From the NCBI RefSeq assembly GCF_964355755.1, contig NC_092676.1, forward strand, positions 9,711,888 to 9,775,887: a stretch of 64,000 nucleotides of DNA, in the 5' to 3' direction. Source of the DNA: Antedon mediterranea. Lineage: Eukaryota > Animalia > Echinodermata. Shown piece after piece: positions 37,075 through 50,580 of the stretch. The notes under the pieces were generated by a model. That model searched no databases. It was not told the DNA's origin and saw nothing but the letters and a program-made list of their open reading frames with translations. Both the position numbers and the translations under genes were made by a program. Position 1 is the first letter of the stretch; the number at the start of each line of letters is the position of its first letter.

Positions 37075-39463
37075 GGACCCAACAAAGTGTCCTCTTAATG
37101 TGGAGGTTCCCAGAATAGAAGTGAGCCATAGTGTTAAAACATACATTGGTCCTTGTACATATCACGGGAAAGTGTCTGCTTAATAGAGGTGTGCCCTGAA
37201 AAGAAGTAAAGGAGGTGTTCTACTGTATGAGACATTTAAAAAAAAATTCTTTTAACAGTATTTACTGTGCTACTATAATGTATGTCCAAATGCTTCCTTC
37301 CCATAGAAATAATATAAGCCGAAGGCTAGAAGGTGGACTAAATATATATTTTTAAAATTAATTATTTGGAGAGAAGCTCTCCCACAGATGGATGTGTTTC
37401 GAATGCATTTCATTGACTATCTAGCCTTTGACTTTCTTTATCCAAGTTCCTTTAATAAAAAAGGTCTTTTTCTATGTAGTATGTAATTGTGCCTGGTTAG
37501 AACTTGGCATACATCACTTGCACTATATGTATAATTTTAAGCATTACGCAAGGATAGGGATCCATATCCTTGGTTAATAGCACAGATTGCTCTGTTTTTT
37601 ATACAAGTTAATTAGACGAGGCCTGGGCCAATTCTTGCCAATGCTTATTTTTAAATGGAGGGTTAGGGTTGAATAATCTGCTACGGAAGACATGATTTAG
37701 TTAGAATTAAATATAAATTAAATATATTTACTATTGGTTACAACTGCAATGTATAATTCAGGAAAACGAGACATTTTTTACATATATATATTTGTGCACA
37801 AATTGTTGTAATTTCTTTTATTATTCCACATTCCCGACACTTTATACAGTAGGCCTACATCTTGTCATGTTCGTCTATAAACTATAGTCAGCATTATGTA
37901 CATTTGTTTGTTAAATGAATTATTAAGGATCGTATCAAAATGATTCTACTAAAGTTACTACATTTTTTCATTCTTTTTAAGATGTTTATGCAACATAAGA
38001 ATGTTTCAGTTAAATATCATACACACTGTTTGTTGCAGTGACTGCTTCTGACTTCTACATTTAACCAAATTAAAATCATGTGCTATTGCTTGCAGTAAAA
38101 AATGTAGTTACTGCAGTAAAATAATTGACATGATCCCATACCCTACTGAATATAAAAAATGATATACAGTATAAGAATTCTACATACAAATTGAACGTCC
38201 AGTCCAGTACAGTATATTCAAATGTATCACTTATGTTCTAGTAGTTAACGTAGACAACCCCAGTCTATTGTACATAGACCATTTCTACAGTACAATATCT
38301 TTCCATAAATAATTTATGTATCCATATATATTATGACTAAAACAACTTCTTTCTTTAATGTAGGTTGTATTGTACAAGGGGGGTTGCTTTAATTATGCAT
38401 TCCAAAGTTGAATACATTTTATTTTGAATAAGAAACAAGAATTCACTGATATTTTTGGTAATGAATAGGTTCATTTGCACCTCCCAAGCATCACTTATGA
38501 ATGGTATTATTACTGGTCAAGTATGCGAGCCATCAACATTTGAAATCACTAAGGCAATACTGCTGTAGAATATATACTGGAAGTAAAATTAGGACGTTGA
38601 TACAGCACTGTAGTTAGAAATAGAATTAGATTCTAAAGATTATATATTTGAACATAAAAATGCACAAAAATCACTTCATTCCATTAAAAATAATAGCCCA
38701 AAAATTATATATAAGATATTTTATATACAAGGATTATATATACTACAGTTTATGTTTTGCAATTTTATTTTCTTTACAAATTATATGTAATAAAATAACA
38801 GCAAGCAAAATGTGTACTTTTTTTTTTACAAAATAAATTGTTCGTCTTTAAAAATATCATTAATATTTACAAAAAAAATGTAGATTAGTAAAAACTAATT
38901 ACAAAAGTTGTTGCTTATATCATACAATGTAAGCAAAGTACGTATTTGTATACATTACAAAAAGCACACATCAATTTCATTACACCAGAAGTGTGCCTAT
39001 ATTTTTAGACATTTAGTTATAATAAATTCAAGGTGTTAACGAGACTTAAACTTGCGTTATTAAGCGTATTCCAGAATTTTGGCATGTTTACCATTTATAA
39101 AATGATGCCACAAGAGTACTTACTGCACATTCAGCTTTTTAGTGTGCTAGTCTCATGGTGTTGGACAATTGCACAATAATTCAGTGACATCTTCATACAT
39201 GGTCCAGTCTTCGACATTTGATCGACGCAATGTATACATTGAATCAAACTGTACTCTGTACATTAAAAACTCTCTATAGGTTAAACCTATGGGCTTAAAA
39301 ATAGTACTGTACCTCAAAATAGTACAATATTCACTTCACCCCTGGCCCAACACAATTGGTATGCGACATTATTTGTCTTGTTTTTAACAAGGTTATTTAA
39401 TATCTTTCCAAATCAACTATCTAATGACTCTTTACAAGAGCGTTTTTTTGACATTGAGACAAA

Positions 39464-42400
39464 TTAAAATGCAGACCAGCTGATGTCTGCAGCTGCTGCA
39501 GCCATATCCAGACTGATATTCATATCTCCAAAGATTTCTTCAAAGCTCTGGTTATGGACACTAACATTCATCATCTCATCCTCCTTCTTTGGGGTGAACC
39601 CTGGAAGACCAAATTCCCTCAACGAACCAAGCATAGGTGACTTATGAGTCTTATCAAAAGAGGGCGACACACCAGTAAGGTACTTTTCAAGAGGGGAAAA
39701 GCCGCTTTGATTAGTCCTTGTGTTAGACACACCTCGTATAGGTGACAAAAAGGCAAGTTCAGAGAAAAGTTTTGCAGGTGTTGAGGTGGCACTTATTCCT
39801 TTTGATGGCGTTACATTGGAATTCTTTACTGGTGTTGACACTACTGTTTCTGTCTTAATAACTGGTCCTCCTGTGACATCAGATATATAGTTTGGCTTCA
39901 TATCGGATGCATTGGCAAATTCAAACATGTTTATTCCACCCGAAGTATCCGTTTCGAACCCAGAATCCACTGCTAAATGTCCTGTCTGGGGGAGGGGCGG
40001 TGGCCATCCATGACTAGAGTTCATCAACCTATCATTAACATCAAACTTAGTGATTTTCGGAGCAATTTTTATAACTGATGAATTTTGTTGTGGTTTTAAA
40101 ACCATTCCATTTGTACCATATGGCATGGAATCTCCCAACATCATATTGTTGGGAATTGGTTGCATAATGGAATATGTGCCTGTGTTGGGGTTCCATATAA
40201 CAGGCATTTGCATTATTGCTGGGTTTGGTCGTGGCAGAAGAAACGGCTTTTTTGTTTGATGACCTGAAATAAAGACAGAATGAAAATTTAGCTCATTTGT
40301 AGGTTAATATGCAATGTTGCATCACAGATATTAGAATTTTATAAAGATATTTTAGAATTTTATACAAATATTTTTGAGATAAAGATTAAAAGTTTAAATT
40401 TTCATTTCAAATAAACATTTATTTTCTTCCTTTAACATCATATAAAATAGAAAACAATGTGGGCCTACAGTAATTTTCAGAGGGAAAAAGTTAGTTCAGT
40501 CTGGTCCCATTCCATGTACAAAATGAGCTTATTTTTGTGTGTCTTAAATGGCCATATGTTTCTGAATTTATCATCACATCATCTTGTGAACAGCAACATT
40601 TGATTGTCTAAAGCTGTCTACACTATAAAACTAGTTTGACAAACTGTCCTAAAATATGGTAGTGATATGCCAATATATGGCATCATCATGTCTATAAATG
40701 GGAAAATCACAATTTTTTGATAGTGTAGACAGAGTTTAAGTAGTCTCGGCTAAATTATGCAAAGGTGAAAGCAGAAACAACAACTTTGATCTAAGATTCC
40801 TTAATGTATGTAAGCCGCCAAACGATGCTAATTCATCTTCCCACAACTGGAGGTAGCATGAACTAATACACCGAATTAACATCCATACAGTTCGGAAAAA
40901 TGCACTTGTAAATAAGCCGGATGTATAAACTGGACTGTAGCCGTAGCGAGAGGTTACAAACAAGATAAAGATGCTTTAAAATTATTATGTTATTATTTGT
41001 GCTGGGGAAAATGGAGTGGGTGGTAACAATTTAAAATTTCAGACGAGGCAAGTGCCTCATGCTGGCTACAGCCCTGGAACTTCTAGTTGTCAATCCAGAA
41101 TACATATTCTAACACTAGATGGTCAAGGAGAGCCTTGCAACTGTGCCAATTTTATGGATTGTAGGTTGCAGTGCCAACCCCTTAAAATGGACCTGAAATG
41201 GATTTAAAATCTCCAAAACAATGTTTTTTTTCTGGCAATACCGACGTTAGCCTGGCAACATTGTCCGGGATACAGCGCCATGTGCAATGATGCGTATCCA
41301 TATTTTTCCGTTCATATATTTTCTATTTAAATGTGTTTCTTTAGTTTTTAGTTTAGGAGAATTAAATTAGTAATATGAGATGGTCATTTATTCGTCACGA
41401 ATCAGGCAGTTTGAAAACAAATTTGATTCATATTTTACTTTGGCTTGACAATGAGCAGCAAGTTGTTGATATCGCTTTGGATGCACATGAAACAGAGCCT
41501 TGCATGGGTGGGTGGTGGATCGACTCCGCGCGCTGGGGCCTAGGTCTAGTAAAGGTTTGGGAGGTAGGCCTAGGCCTTCTAAATTCGGGTTTTAGAACAA
41601 AGTACATTTCAGGGCACTATATTTCAACAACATTATATATTGAATAAATTAGTATTAGTGTCAACGCTTCACGTATCTTTCCAGGCCGTCGGTCATTCGG
41701 ACGGCATACAAGCTGTCGATATAGTCATGTGTATATGTGACGTCGTGAATATAGATGCTCCCGACGGCCGTTGAAATAGAATATTGCAATGGTGTGAGTA
41801 ATTTTTGCTAATTTACCAAGGTATCTTAAAATTTCGTTTTTTCTCAAAATACTATACAGTTTGTTTTTATTTGTATGGGCTTGTGTTAATTTGATACATT
41901 TAAATAACATGTGTAAATTTCTTGAAAATCAAAAGTCCATTTTAAACGCTCGTTAACTCCAAACTGAAACATCTTACTATAATGGTCTTTAGTACTTACC
42001 TATAACAGCACTACCAGATTGATTTACATGTGTATTTCTCAGTGCTGGATTTTCGCGAGAACTTTGTACGGTATTCTCGTTATGGAAGTTCAAATTTCGC
42101 TTTGATGGAAGACGCACTACAGTACCTGGTTCAAGTGTCCAAAAAGCAGATTTACCAGGCCCTGGTGGTGGTTGTCTGATAAACATTTTGTGCAGAGACA
42201 AATTGTGACGAATTGAGTTCTGAAAGAGAGAAATTGTAGAGCATGTTAAAATGGATTAAAAAGGGTTCCACAACTCGAATGGTGTATCGGTCATGTACTG
42301 TATAGTACAAGATGAGATAGAATACACATTTTTTAGTTTACAGTACCTTCCAACCTGGCTTTGCTGTACGGAAAAATGGAAAATTATCCTCTATCCACTG

Positions 42401-44044
42401 ATAAATATCCCGAAGGGTCATCCTGCCAGTAGATGAGCTACTGATAGCAAACTGAATGAGCGCGCTGTATGAATATGGAGGACGCTGACGATGTTGAACC
42501 ATTGGTTGTATAATCTAGTCAAAAAATAAACAGTAATTTAAGTATTAAAATCAGTAGATTTATTATGAAAATAAATGGTACTGTACTGTATGCTTTAACA
42601 ACTTTCAACAAAAATTGAACAATGAACAGAAGAACATTACATGTTTACAATATTTAAAAATAATATTTATATTCTATTCAAATCCAACCCTGTTTTAATT
42701 GCCTACAGTATTATAAAACAATGTAAATTCAGTGGAAAAATGTAGACTGGCTGCAGTAGAATGATTTTGACATCCCTATATAAAGAAATGTTGCCATAGA
42801 CATAATATATCATCACCTGTGGAAAATGCGCTGACGTTATCAAAGTGTGTGGCTGTTGAGGTTGAATTGTGTCTGTTGCTCCAAGCTGACCTAACCATGT
42901 CATGTTTGTTAAACTCCTTTCTGATTCTATAATTGAATCTAAAAGAAAAAAAATTTTAATTGAGAACAGTTAGAATAAATGTTTTAAATGTTTACTTTCA
43001 ATGGGATAAGATACTGTAGAAAAGATGGAACCCCCATGGTCGACATGAAAAATAATTCACCTAACATGTTCTGTATTGACATAGGTGCTTCCTCTGTGCC
43101 ACTAAAACACACAGCAAAGTATCTCAAAATAAGCACAGTTGAGTTCAACTAAAAGGAAAATATGGTTGGTAACCATGTGCAACTACTGCCGTTTCTGTTT
43201 CAACCAGTTTAGTTGTAGCTTGTTAAGATGCTAGGCTACCACATTCAAAGCCTGGATTACTGTATCTAGAATCAACAAGCGCTACTCAATCCTGTTGTTG
43301 TCATGATCTTTTTCCCATTAAAAAAAAAACACCTTTACTAACAAGACATGTTCTTTATAGAGCACAGTTTGCCAATTATCCATAAGAAAAATATTGATAA
43401 AAAACAAAACAATTCGTTATGGCATCAGACCACAACTTTATAATACCTTTTTCTGTGAAGGTGTGAGAGGGGATACCATCTTGATAGTGGTTCTCTATGG
43501 TTGATACACCCTCTACAGTATCCAACATGTTTATTTTTCCATCTTCGATTTGATACATCTGATAACCACTATCACCAGAATAAAGCGCATCAGGATTTAT
43601 AGTTCCCAACGAAGACGACGCCCTGTCATTAGTCTCTACTTTCGGAAATTGTTGAAGATGATCGAGTATCGGTGATGGAACAGGTGAATTGTATAAATCA
43701 CCCAGATCATTTTTCATTTCCAGTTTTAAAGCATTTTCGTTACATGCTACGTCCTTTCTGGGTTTCGTGCGCCGTAGAATTGCTACACTATTGACTCGTT
43801 TTCGTTTTTTCAACGGAGTTGCCTTTTCTTCAAGATTATCGTAGCTGCTAGAAACAGTTGGTACACTTGAGATTGATGGTGGATCTAAAGATGAACCAGT
43901 CAACAGTGACAAACCAAGTCTTGCTTCTTTTATGCGAGAATTGTTTTCATCGTTAGTGTTAAGCAACAAATTATTATTAGTAAGGTCACCAAGGGCACGT
44001 CTTGCGTTATTTCCTAGATGTTGATGGAGTACTTGTTGATACAT
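39464..44044 (-). CDS. FOXM1: Forkhead box protein M1
   Basis: Exons 44044-43447, 42938-42817, 42514-42347, 42219-42000 and 40263-39464, in phase. SLTNMTWLG pre-forkhead motif; forkhead [14 protein letters not shown]...[25 protein letters not shown]|[13 protein letters not shown]; SP/TP-rich C-terminus ending DISWSAF, like the FoxM1 transactivation tail. N-terminal [10 protein letters not shown]-box-like motif. Confidence 0.9.
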
Positions 44045-44175
44045 TTTAAGGTGCTGTAAATTGTATTCTATTGTCTAGTCTGTAAAAACATGAAATCATT
44101 ATTATCAAAACAATGTAACAGTTTATACAGGCATGTTTTACTTCTTTTCATTACAAGATCCTTTGAATTTGAATT

Positions 44176-44495
44176 TTGTGCAATTTTTATTGTACTTTTA
44201 GTTTAATGAATTTTACATATATTTTATTGGTGTATAAAAATAATGTTATTATTAATATTAGTCTCTATTTTTTAAAATTGTATATATTTAAGAATTTGTG
44301 CATTTTTTATAGTAATTTTAAGTTTAACGAATTATACATTAATTATTACTGTTTCATAGGCTTTAATGTGTTTTTTCTTCGTTTAACTTTGTTTATGTGA
44401 ATTATCATTTTCATATGTAAGCTCTTCATTTCAACTATGAGTTGTATTTTGAGTATTTTTATACCGATTAAATAAATAAAAATAAAAATAAATAA
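44176..44495 (+). repeat. Internal fragment of GG...CC family A
   Basis: 44296-44490 is nearly identical to 50011-50200. Confidence 0.75.
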
Positions 44496-45759
44496 GATAC
44501 AAGTTTATTTATTGTCAATTTTACAATTTTAAGATGTTTTGTACCATAGTAGATCATTAAATAATACAAAGTTTTATTTACTATCTTTTAAAGTTTTGAT
44601 TAATTAAATTGCATGCCATGTACAGTGTAGAAAATCCGAAACAGTTTGTGGAAATTGTTTTCTGTGTCAGTCTAGCCCTTCCTGATCTGCTAATAAAAAA
44701 ATATATATGAGTGTAATGGGTGGGAGGAGTCTTGTATAATTGAGTGAACTTTCTTGAGTATAAACATACAGTATCATCTAGAGATATCACTTCGACACTG
44801 ATAACTTTGCTGGCCCTATTTACAATTTGATTTTTGCCGTTAACATTAATATGAGAAAACCAAATAGGCCTAGGCCCTAACTAATAAAAAAAAAATTACA
44901 ATCTATGAAAGGATAGATAGAACAGAGGAAAAAAACATATGAATTACACATGAACAAAAATAGTATATTAAAAGTCTCAAAAAAGAATGTGGATCAGTTA
45001 TTATGGTTTACAAAAAAAAAATTAACCAATCAAAAATTGTGGCGCAACTTATATCTACTGTAAGACTCCTCTCTGACTGACTGAGGCATGCTACAGCAGA
45101 AAACAACAGGGTGATACAGTACTGCAACCCGCTGCACTGATTTATTAGGTTCAGGTCACCATTTTTTTAAATTCTTCATTCTATTTTTTGATTGATGACA
45201 AAAAAAGGCCCAAAGGGAGAGTGACTGTCCTGAAAAAGATAAATTTTGTAAATTGCCAAATGAAAGGTTACAGACAGGTATTTATTTGCTTGTTTGATAG
45301 CTCATTTGACAAGCTTAATAAATAATACAACTCCCTGGCCCTGCTTAATATTAATAAAATAAAAAACAGGTGCGAAACACTTCCTTATTTTTCTGTGCAA
45401 AAAGTCAGTCTAGCCTAGGGCCTAGTACTTTTACTCGGTCTTCCTAACTAGCCTAGGCTAAAAGAGCTAGGCCTAGCCTTAGGCTAGGTAGGCCTAGTAG
45501 GCTAGACTGGCCTTAGGCCTGGCCTTTTTACAGTGTCAGTAAGCTAAGTGGTGAAAAAACACAATTTTGCTTAGGGCCTAGGCCTAGGCCTATTTGAAAA
45601 TTTCCTAAATTGACTTAAATTTAACAGTATAATATATCGATATTCATTCTTTGCATATACTAGTAGTACTACCTCAAATACAAACAACAACAAATGTGTA
45701 AATTATAAGATTTAAATGCCGACTCCTCATTTCTTCGAGATCCTACAACAATAGCGTCA

Positions 45760-45930
45760 GGCTGCTTTTCCGAAAATCTGACGCGACGATTTAAATTTCC
45801 TGCCCTCGTATACCGAACGCCAATCATAACTGATCTTTTATTTTGCCGCGGCCGCCTTATGTAAAACATTTTTTGATTAGTCAAAGTTTCTAAGACTCTT
45901 GATAAATGATCCAATGGAAAGAAAGATAAA
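45760..45930. promoter_or_regulatory. Bidirectional cell-cycle promoter FoxM1 / RHNO1
   Basis: CCAAT at 45820-45824 and 45911-45915. Minus-strand GGCAGGAAA-TTTAAA (E2F/CDE plus CHR-like) at 45804-45790. Outward-facing donors GAG|GTAGTA (minus, 45673) and AAG|GTAAAT (plus, 46000). Confidence 0.65.
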
Positions 45931-46170
45931 TGATGTCATCAGAGTTGTCTGTGTCACTCCGCAGGTCAAATCAAGAAAAGAAACCAAACAAACAAAAAAG
46001 GTAAATCAAATGTTTAGGCCTAATTTTAATCAAAGAACTTTTTATATATATTTTATATATCTTTAGAGTATAATATATTATTTTTTGTTACTTGCATAGA
46101 TCCCTAGGCCTTCGTTTGTTTGCATTGTATGTTGACAAGGCTATTGAAGTATGCTATTGCTAGACTTTTT

Positions 46171-47081
46171 GGCGCTAGGCCCTAGGCCTAGTTCCGTTTC
46201 GCACCTGTCGTTTATTTCGACTCAAAATTGGTTAAGTAACTTTATCGTGAGTACTACACCTTAGAATTAGGCCTCAAAAATACTTTTACGAAGGAGATCA
46301 CACAAAAAGTAAAAAATAAATCCTTTAAATTGATGAATTTACAGACGTGTTTCTCGCACATCGGTTTGTGAATTTCGCATACTCCATGTTCAATGTTGTT
46401 GTTTCTATGGAGCGCCAAAAGAGCAATCATAATAGATGGCTAAAACTCAGTAAATTGCGTATATTTAATGCATTTATTGGTGAAAATTACGTTCAATTTT
46501 ATCATATTTTGTCAATGGCAATGCAACAAAAATATTACTGTTGATACTGTACATGGTTTTTGCAGGAACTTTTAGGAATGAAAATCGACAAATTCATCAT
46601 CATATTACATCATGTACTGCTGTAGGGGTATACCTGATCTAAATAATATTCCTCTAGTCTTAGTCTATAGTCTCTTACTCTTAGTTAGGCCTAGGGTTGG
46701 TTGCTATTTGAAAACAGCAAATCATTAGCAGTAAAATGTTACAGCATTTTTATTGACAAAATATATTAAAATTAAACGTGTATTTCAATAATAAATGCAT
46801 TAAAAGAAGACGCATTCCACTGAGTTTTTAACCATCTATTGTTGTTGCTCTTTTGGCGCTCCATAGAAACGAAATTGAACTTCGAGTATGCTGCTAAATT
46901 CGCGAACGGTATGCGAGAAACATGTCAATTAATGATTTATTTGTTACTTTTTATGTGATTCTTCTTCATAAAAGTACTTATAAGGCCCAATTTTAAGGTG
47001 TGGTATTCACAATAAGTTGCTTAACAATTTGGAGTCAAAAGGAAGTCGAAATAAAAACAGGTGCGAAACGGAACTAGCGCC
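46171..47081. mobile_element. GG...CC long-TIR DNA transposon with 8-bp TSD (MULE-like)
   Basis: Perfect TSD GACTTTTT (46163-46170; 47082-47089). TIR GGCGCTA[..]GTTCCGTTTCGCACCTG / CAGGTGCGAAACGGAACTAGCGCC, with ~400-bp imperfect arms. Confidence 0.88.
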
Positions 47082-47180
47082 GACTTTTTAGGAGGTCTAG
47101 CCTCTACTAGCTAGGCCTACTAGCCTAGCTAGTAGTAGGATATCTATATAGCCTATAGCCTAGCTAGGCCTAGGCCTAGG

Positions 47181-48205
47181 GGTAGCCGATCACTCCGGCC
47201 GCGCTTCACTCCGGCCGCCGTATCAGTTTAGCGCGATGTTATGCACTCCGGCCGCTATTCAATTCGACTTCCTGTGCAAAGGGGCCGTTAGTATGGAGCG
47301 CCCATATCTACGTTTTCTATACTGTTCAGTGTTATAACAAATTCTTGGTGAATTTAAATGGAACTAGTTATTAAGTTGAAATTGAATATTTATTAGCAAC
47401 AATTTTACTTTTTTTCATTAACAATAACATTCAAAGAAGTTGGAACTGCTTTTTCTTTCAAACTAAACTTAACTTAATTAAATTCAATAATAAAATAATA
47501 ATCAAATACCCGTCTAAAATGCTTGAATAACAATATTTAATTTCTTTCTATGTACTGTACATTTATTTTTATTTTTATAGCTTTACATTTATTAACATTA
47601 AAAATTAGTTAAAAACCTTATTTTTATAACACTTTATCTTGCCAGTACCCATACTTACTAATTATAGTTAATAACAATATGTAAAATATTAATTAATTTA
47701 TTTCAAATAATCAATTATTATTGATGTTTGTTATAGTTAATAACAATATTTACAATATTAATTAATTTATTTCAAATAATCAAATATCCGTATAATTAAT
47801 GTTACCTGGAATTGTATCAAGAATTAATATATCATTTTTGTACAGTCCAATTTACAATGATTTTATATTTTAATTTATATGATAAAAATAATATGACATA
47901 TAGGGTACATTGCAATAAATTACATTCATTAATCACATTACAATTAATACACTAGCCTATTACATTGGATAAAACACATAAAATATTTTGTTTTAGCATT
48001 AGACCTAATTTAAAACACTTGTGATGTTGTGATCATGAAAGAGAAAAAATATACTGTATGATTACAAATTTTTATTTTGATTCTCTACAAAAAACGTGTC
48101 TAGGTTGTAAAAGACTCATTGGGCGCTCCATAGCTGCGGCCGGAATGAATCGCGGCCGGATTGAAGCGCGGCCGGAGTGAAGCGCGGCCGGAGTGATCTG
48201 TATTC
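47181..48205. mobile_element. G...C DNA transposon with CACTCCGGCCGC subterminal repeats, 8-bp TSD
   Basis: TSD GGCCTAGG (47173-47180; 48206-48213). GATCACTCCGGCCGCGCTTCACTCCGGCCGC and its reverse complement at the right end. Confidence 0.82.
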
Positions 48206-48232
48206 GGCCTAGGCCTAGGCCTATCCATAGGG

Positions 48233-50451
48233 GGATTACGGTCGAAGCGGCCGCCAACCAAGGCGGCCGCTAGTTCAATAACGGTAATTTGTATGGAACG
48301 CCGTGTGCGCTTTGATTGTCGTTTTGAAATCTTTGATTGTCATTGTTTCGACAGGTTTTCTTTTTCTCGGACGTAAATAACAATCTACATTATTATGTAA
48401 TTTATTTTCTTTTTTACAGACAGGTTGAATGTGATACGTTCTTTTAAGTTTTAAACGAAATGGCGAATCGATGATTACTTACTTTAACTGTTCTAAATGA
48501 TATATAATTATGTTTAATAAAGTCAATAAAATACACTGTGGTGTTTGTATTGTATATTAATATAATATATAATAAGCCAATTATTAAGAATAATGTATAT
48601 ATTTTTTCAATAAAGTATATCAAAATAGATATATTTGTTATTGTATATTAATTAGTAAAGTAACTACTGTAGTACGTGTTCGCAATCATAATTTAATTAC
48701 AATAACATGATGACATCAATTTATTTATTTAATAACCTAAATTGTTTTTTACCGTCAGATATAAAAATATTGATCAATTTAAAATGAGTTTTAAATAATA
48801 AAATAAGATGCAAGTGTCTGTACGGTACGGTAATTAATTACGCGAATTTCTGCTAATAACTCGACTGGCGGCTGGCCAGGAATAGTGCTGTAGAAGGTCG
48901 CGTTTTCGTCTCACGTTGCTTTATTGAAAACACAAACAATGTATTACAATGGAATAACACTTAAATGTATAACACACCCTATTACTAATAATAAAAACCA
49001 AGATTCGATAGTACAGTGTAAACAAAATATAAAGATTCGGCAATACCATACGTAAATTATTAATGCAATACTCTATAAAGATTCGATAGTATGTAAATGA
49101 GATATAAATATTCGGCAATACCGTACTTAAATTATTATTGCAATACTGTGTATGAAGATCCGATCGTATGTAAATGAGATATAAATATTCGACCATACCG
49201 TATGTAAATTATTAATGCAATACTGTATAAAGATTCGATAGGAGAGTGCTCAAGAAACGTCGGGTCAGTTCAACGTTATTTTTTCCCTTCACTGCCAATG
49301 TATTTTTTTTTTAAAGAGATATAAAGGTTCAATAGTACTGTAGATTATGATGCAAACGTAAATTATTAATGATTCGATAGTATATGTCAATATATTTTTT
49401 TCAATTTTATCAATATATTTAGTTAGTTAAAGATGTATTGTCCCTTGAAACACAAAAAAATGAAAAAAAAAATATTCTAATTTTAAATTGGCCATATCAA
49501 AGTAATATTAAAGTTATTCACTTTAAGTCAAAAATTCAAGCCAAAAACAACAGTTTACGTAATTAACAGGTAAATTAATTAGATTACATTTCGTCTGAGA
49601 AATCGTCGCAAGCGAAAGTAAACAAAGATTTCAAACCATGAGTACGGTATGCATTATGCATGATGCTAATTAGGATTGTTTACAACTCATCACGGTTGAG
49701 AAGGTGTTTTCACACAGATCGAGAGGAAGTTTTATGATTATGCATACAGAGTAGCCAAACAAGCGCATTGCATTATGGGATATGTTTTGATTGAAAACTT
49801 TGACTGGAAGTCAAAGTTATTTTTTGAACAAAAAAACATCTGTATTTCGGTTAAATTATTTTTTTTGGACTCATTTTTGGTGAAAGTTAATAACTATTAT
49901 GATACTTCAAAATGACCCACTTTTTTTTTAAATTTAAAAAACAAATTTTTGTTGGAATTAGTCAAAGGGACAATACATCTTTAATATTAAAATACAAATA
50001 ATGATCAATATTTGTGCATTTTATAGTAATTTTAAGTTTAACGAATTATACAGTAATTATTACTGTTTCATAGGCTTTAATGTGTTTTTTCTTCGTTTAA
50101 CTTTGTTTATGTGAATTATAATTTTTATATGTAAGCTCTTCATTTCAACTATGAGTTGTATTTTGAGTCTTTTTATACCGATTAAATAAATAAATAAAAT
50201 AAAAAAAATAAATAAAATATACATTGATTTATCGGCAGGCAAACTTAATTATTATAGAAATATAAAGATTTGATAGTACATGATTTAGCTTATATTTATT
50301 GGTTTGACCATACATACAGCTGTAACTCAACTCGCCATAGGCCATGGCGTTGACAACGATAATCAAAGATTAAAGCGCACATGGCGTTCCATACAAATGA
50401 CGATATTAAACTGGCAGCCGCTTTGGATGGCGGCCGCTTCGACCATACTCC
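48233..50451. mobile_element. GG...CC non-autonomous DNA transposon, family A copy 2
   Basis: TIRs GGATTACGGTCGAAGCGGCCGCC / GGCGGCCGCTTCGACCATACTCC. Flanks CCATAGGG / CTATAGGG. Homologous to 17993-19094. Confidence 0.82.
49431..49980. mobile_element. Kolobok-like MITE (TTAA TSD, AG...CT termini), copy 1
   Basis: TTAA|AGATGTATTGTCCCTT...AAGGGACAATACATCT|TTAA, nested in family A copy 2. Confidence 0.82.
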
Positions 50452-50580
50452 CTATAGGGATGTCCCGCCTATAACCTAACTAAAAATATCTGGCCTTTGG
50501 GCCAATTAAATTGGGCTATAGGCCTAGGTCTGGTAGGGCCTAGTCTAGCTAGCTCGGCTCAGAGTAGTAGAGTGTATGGA

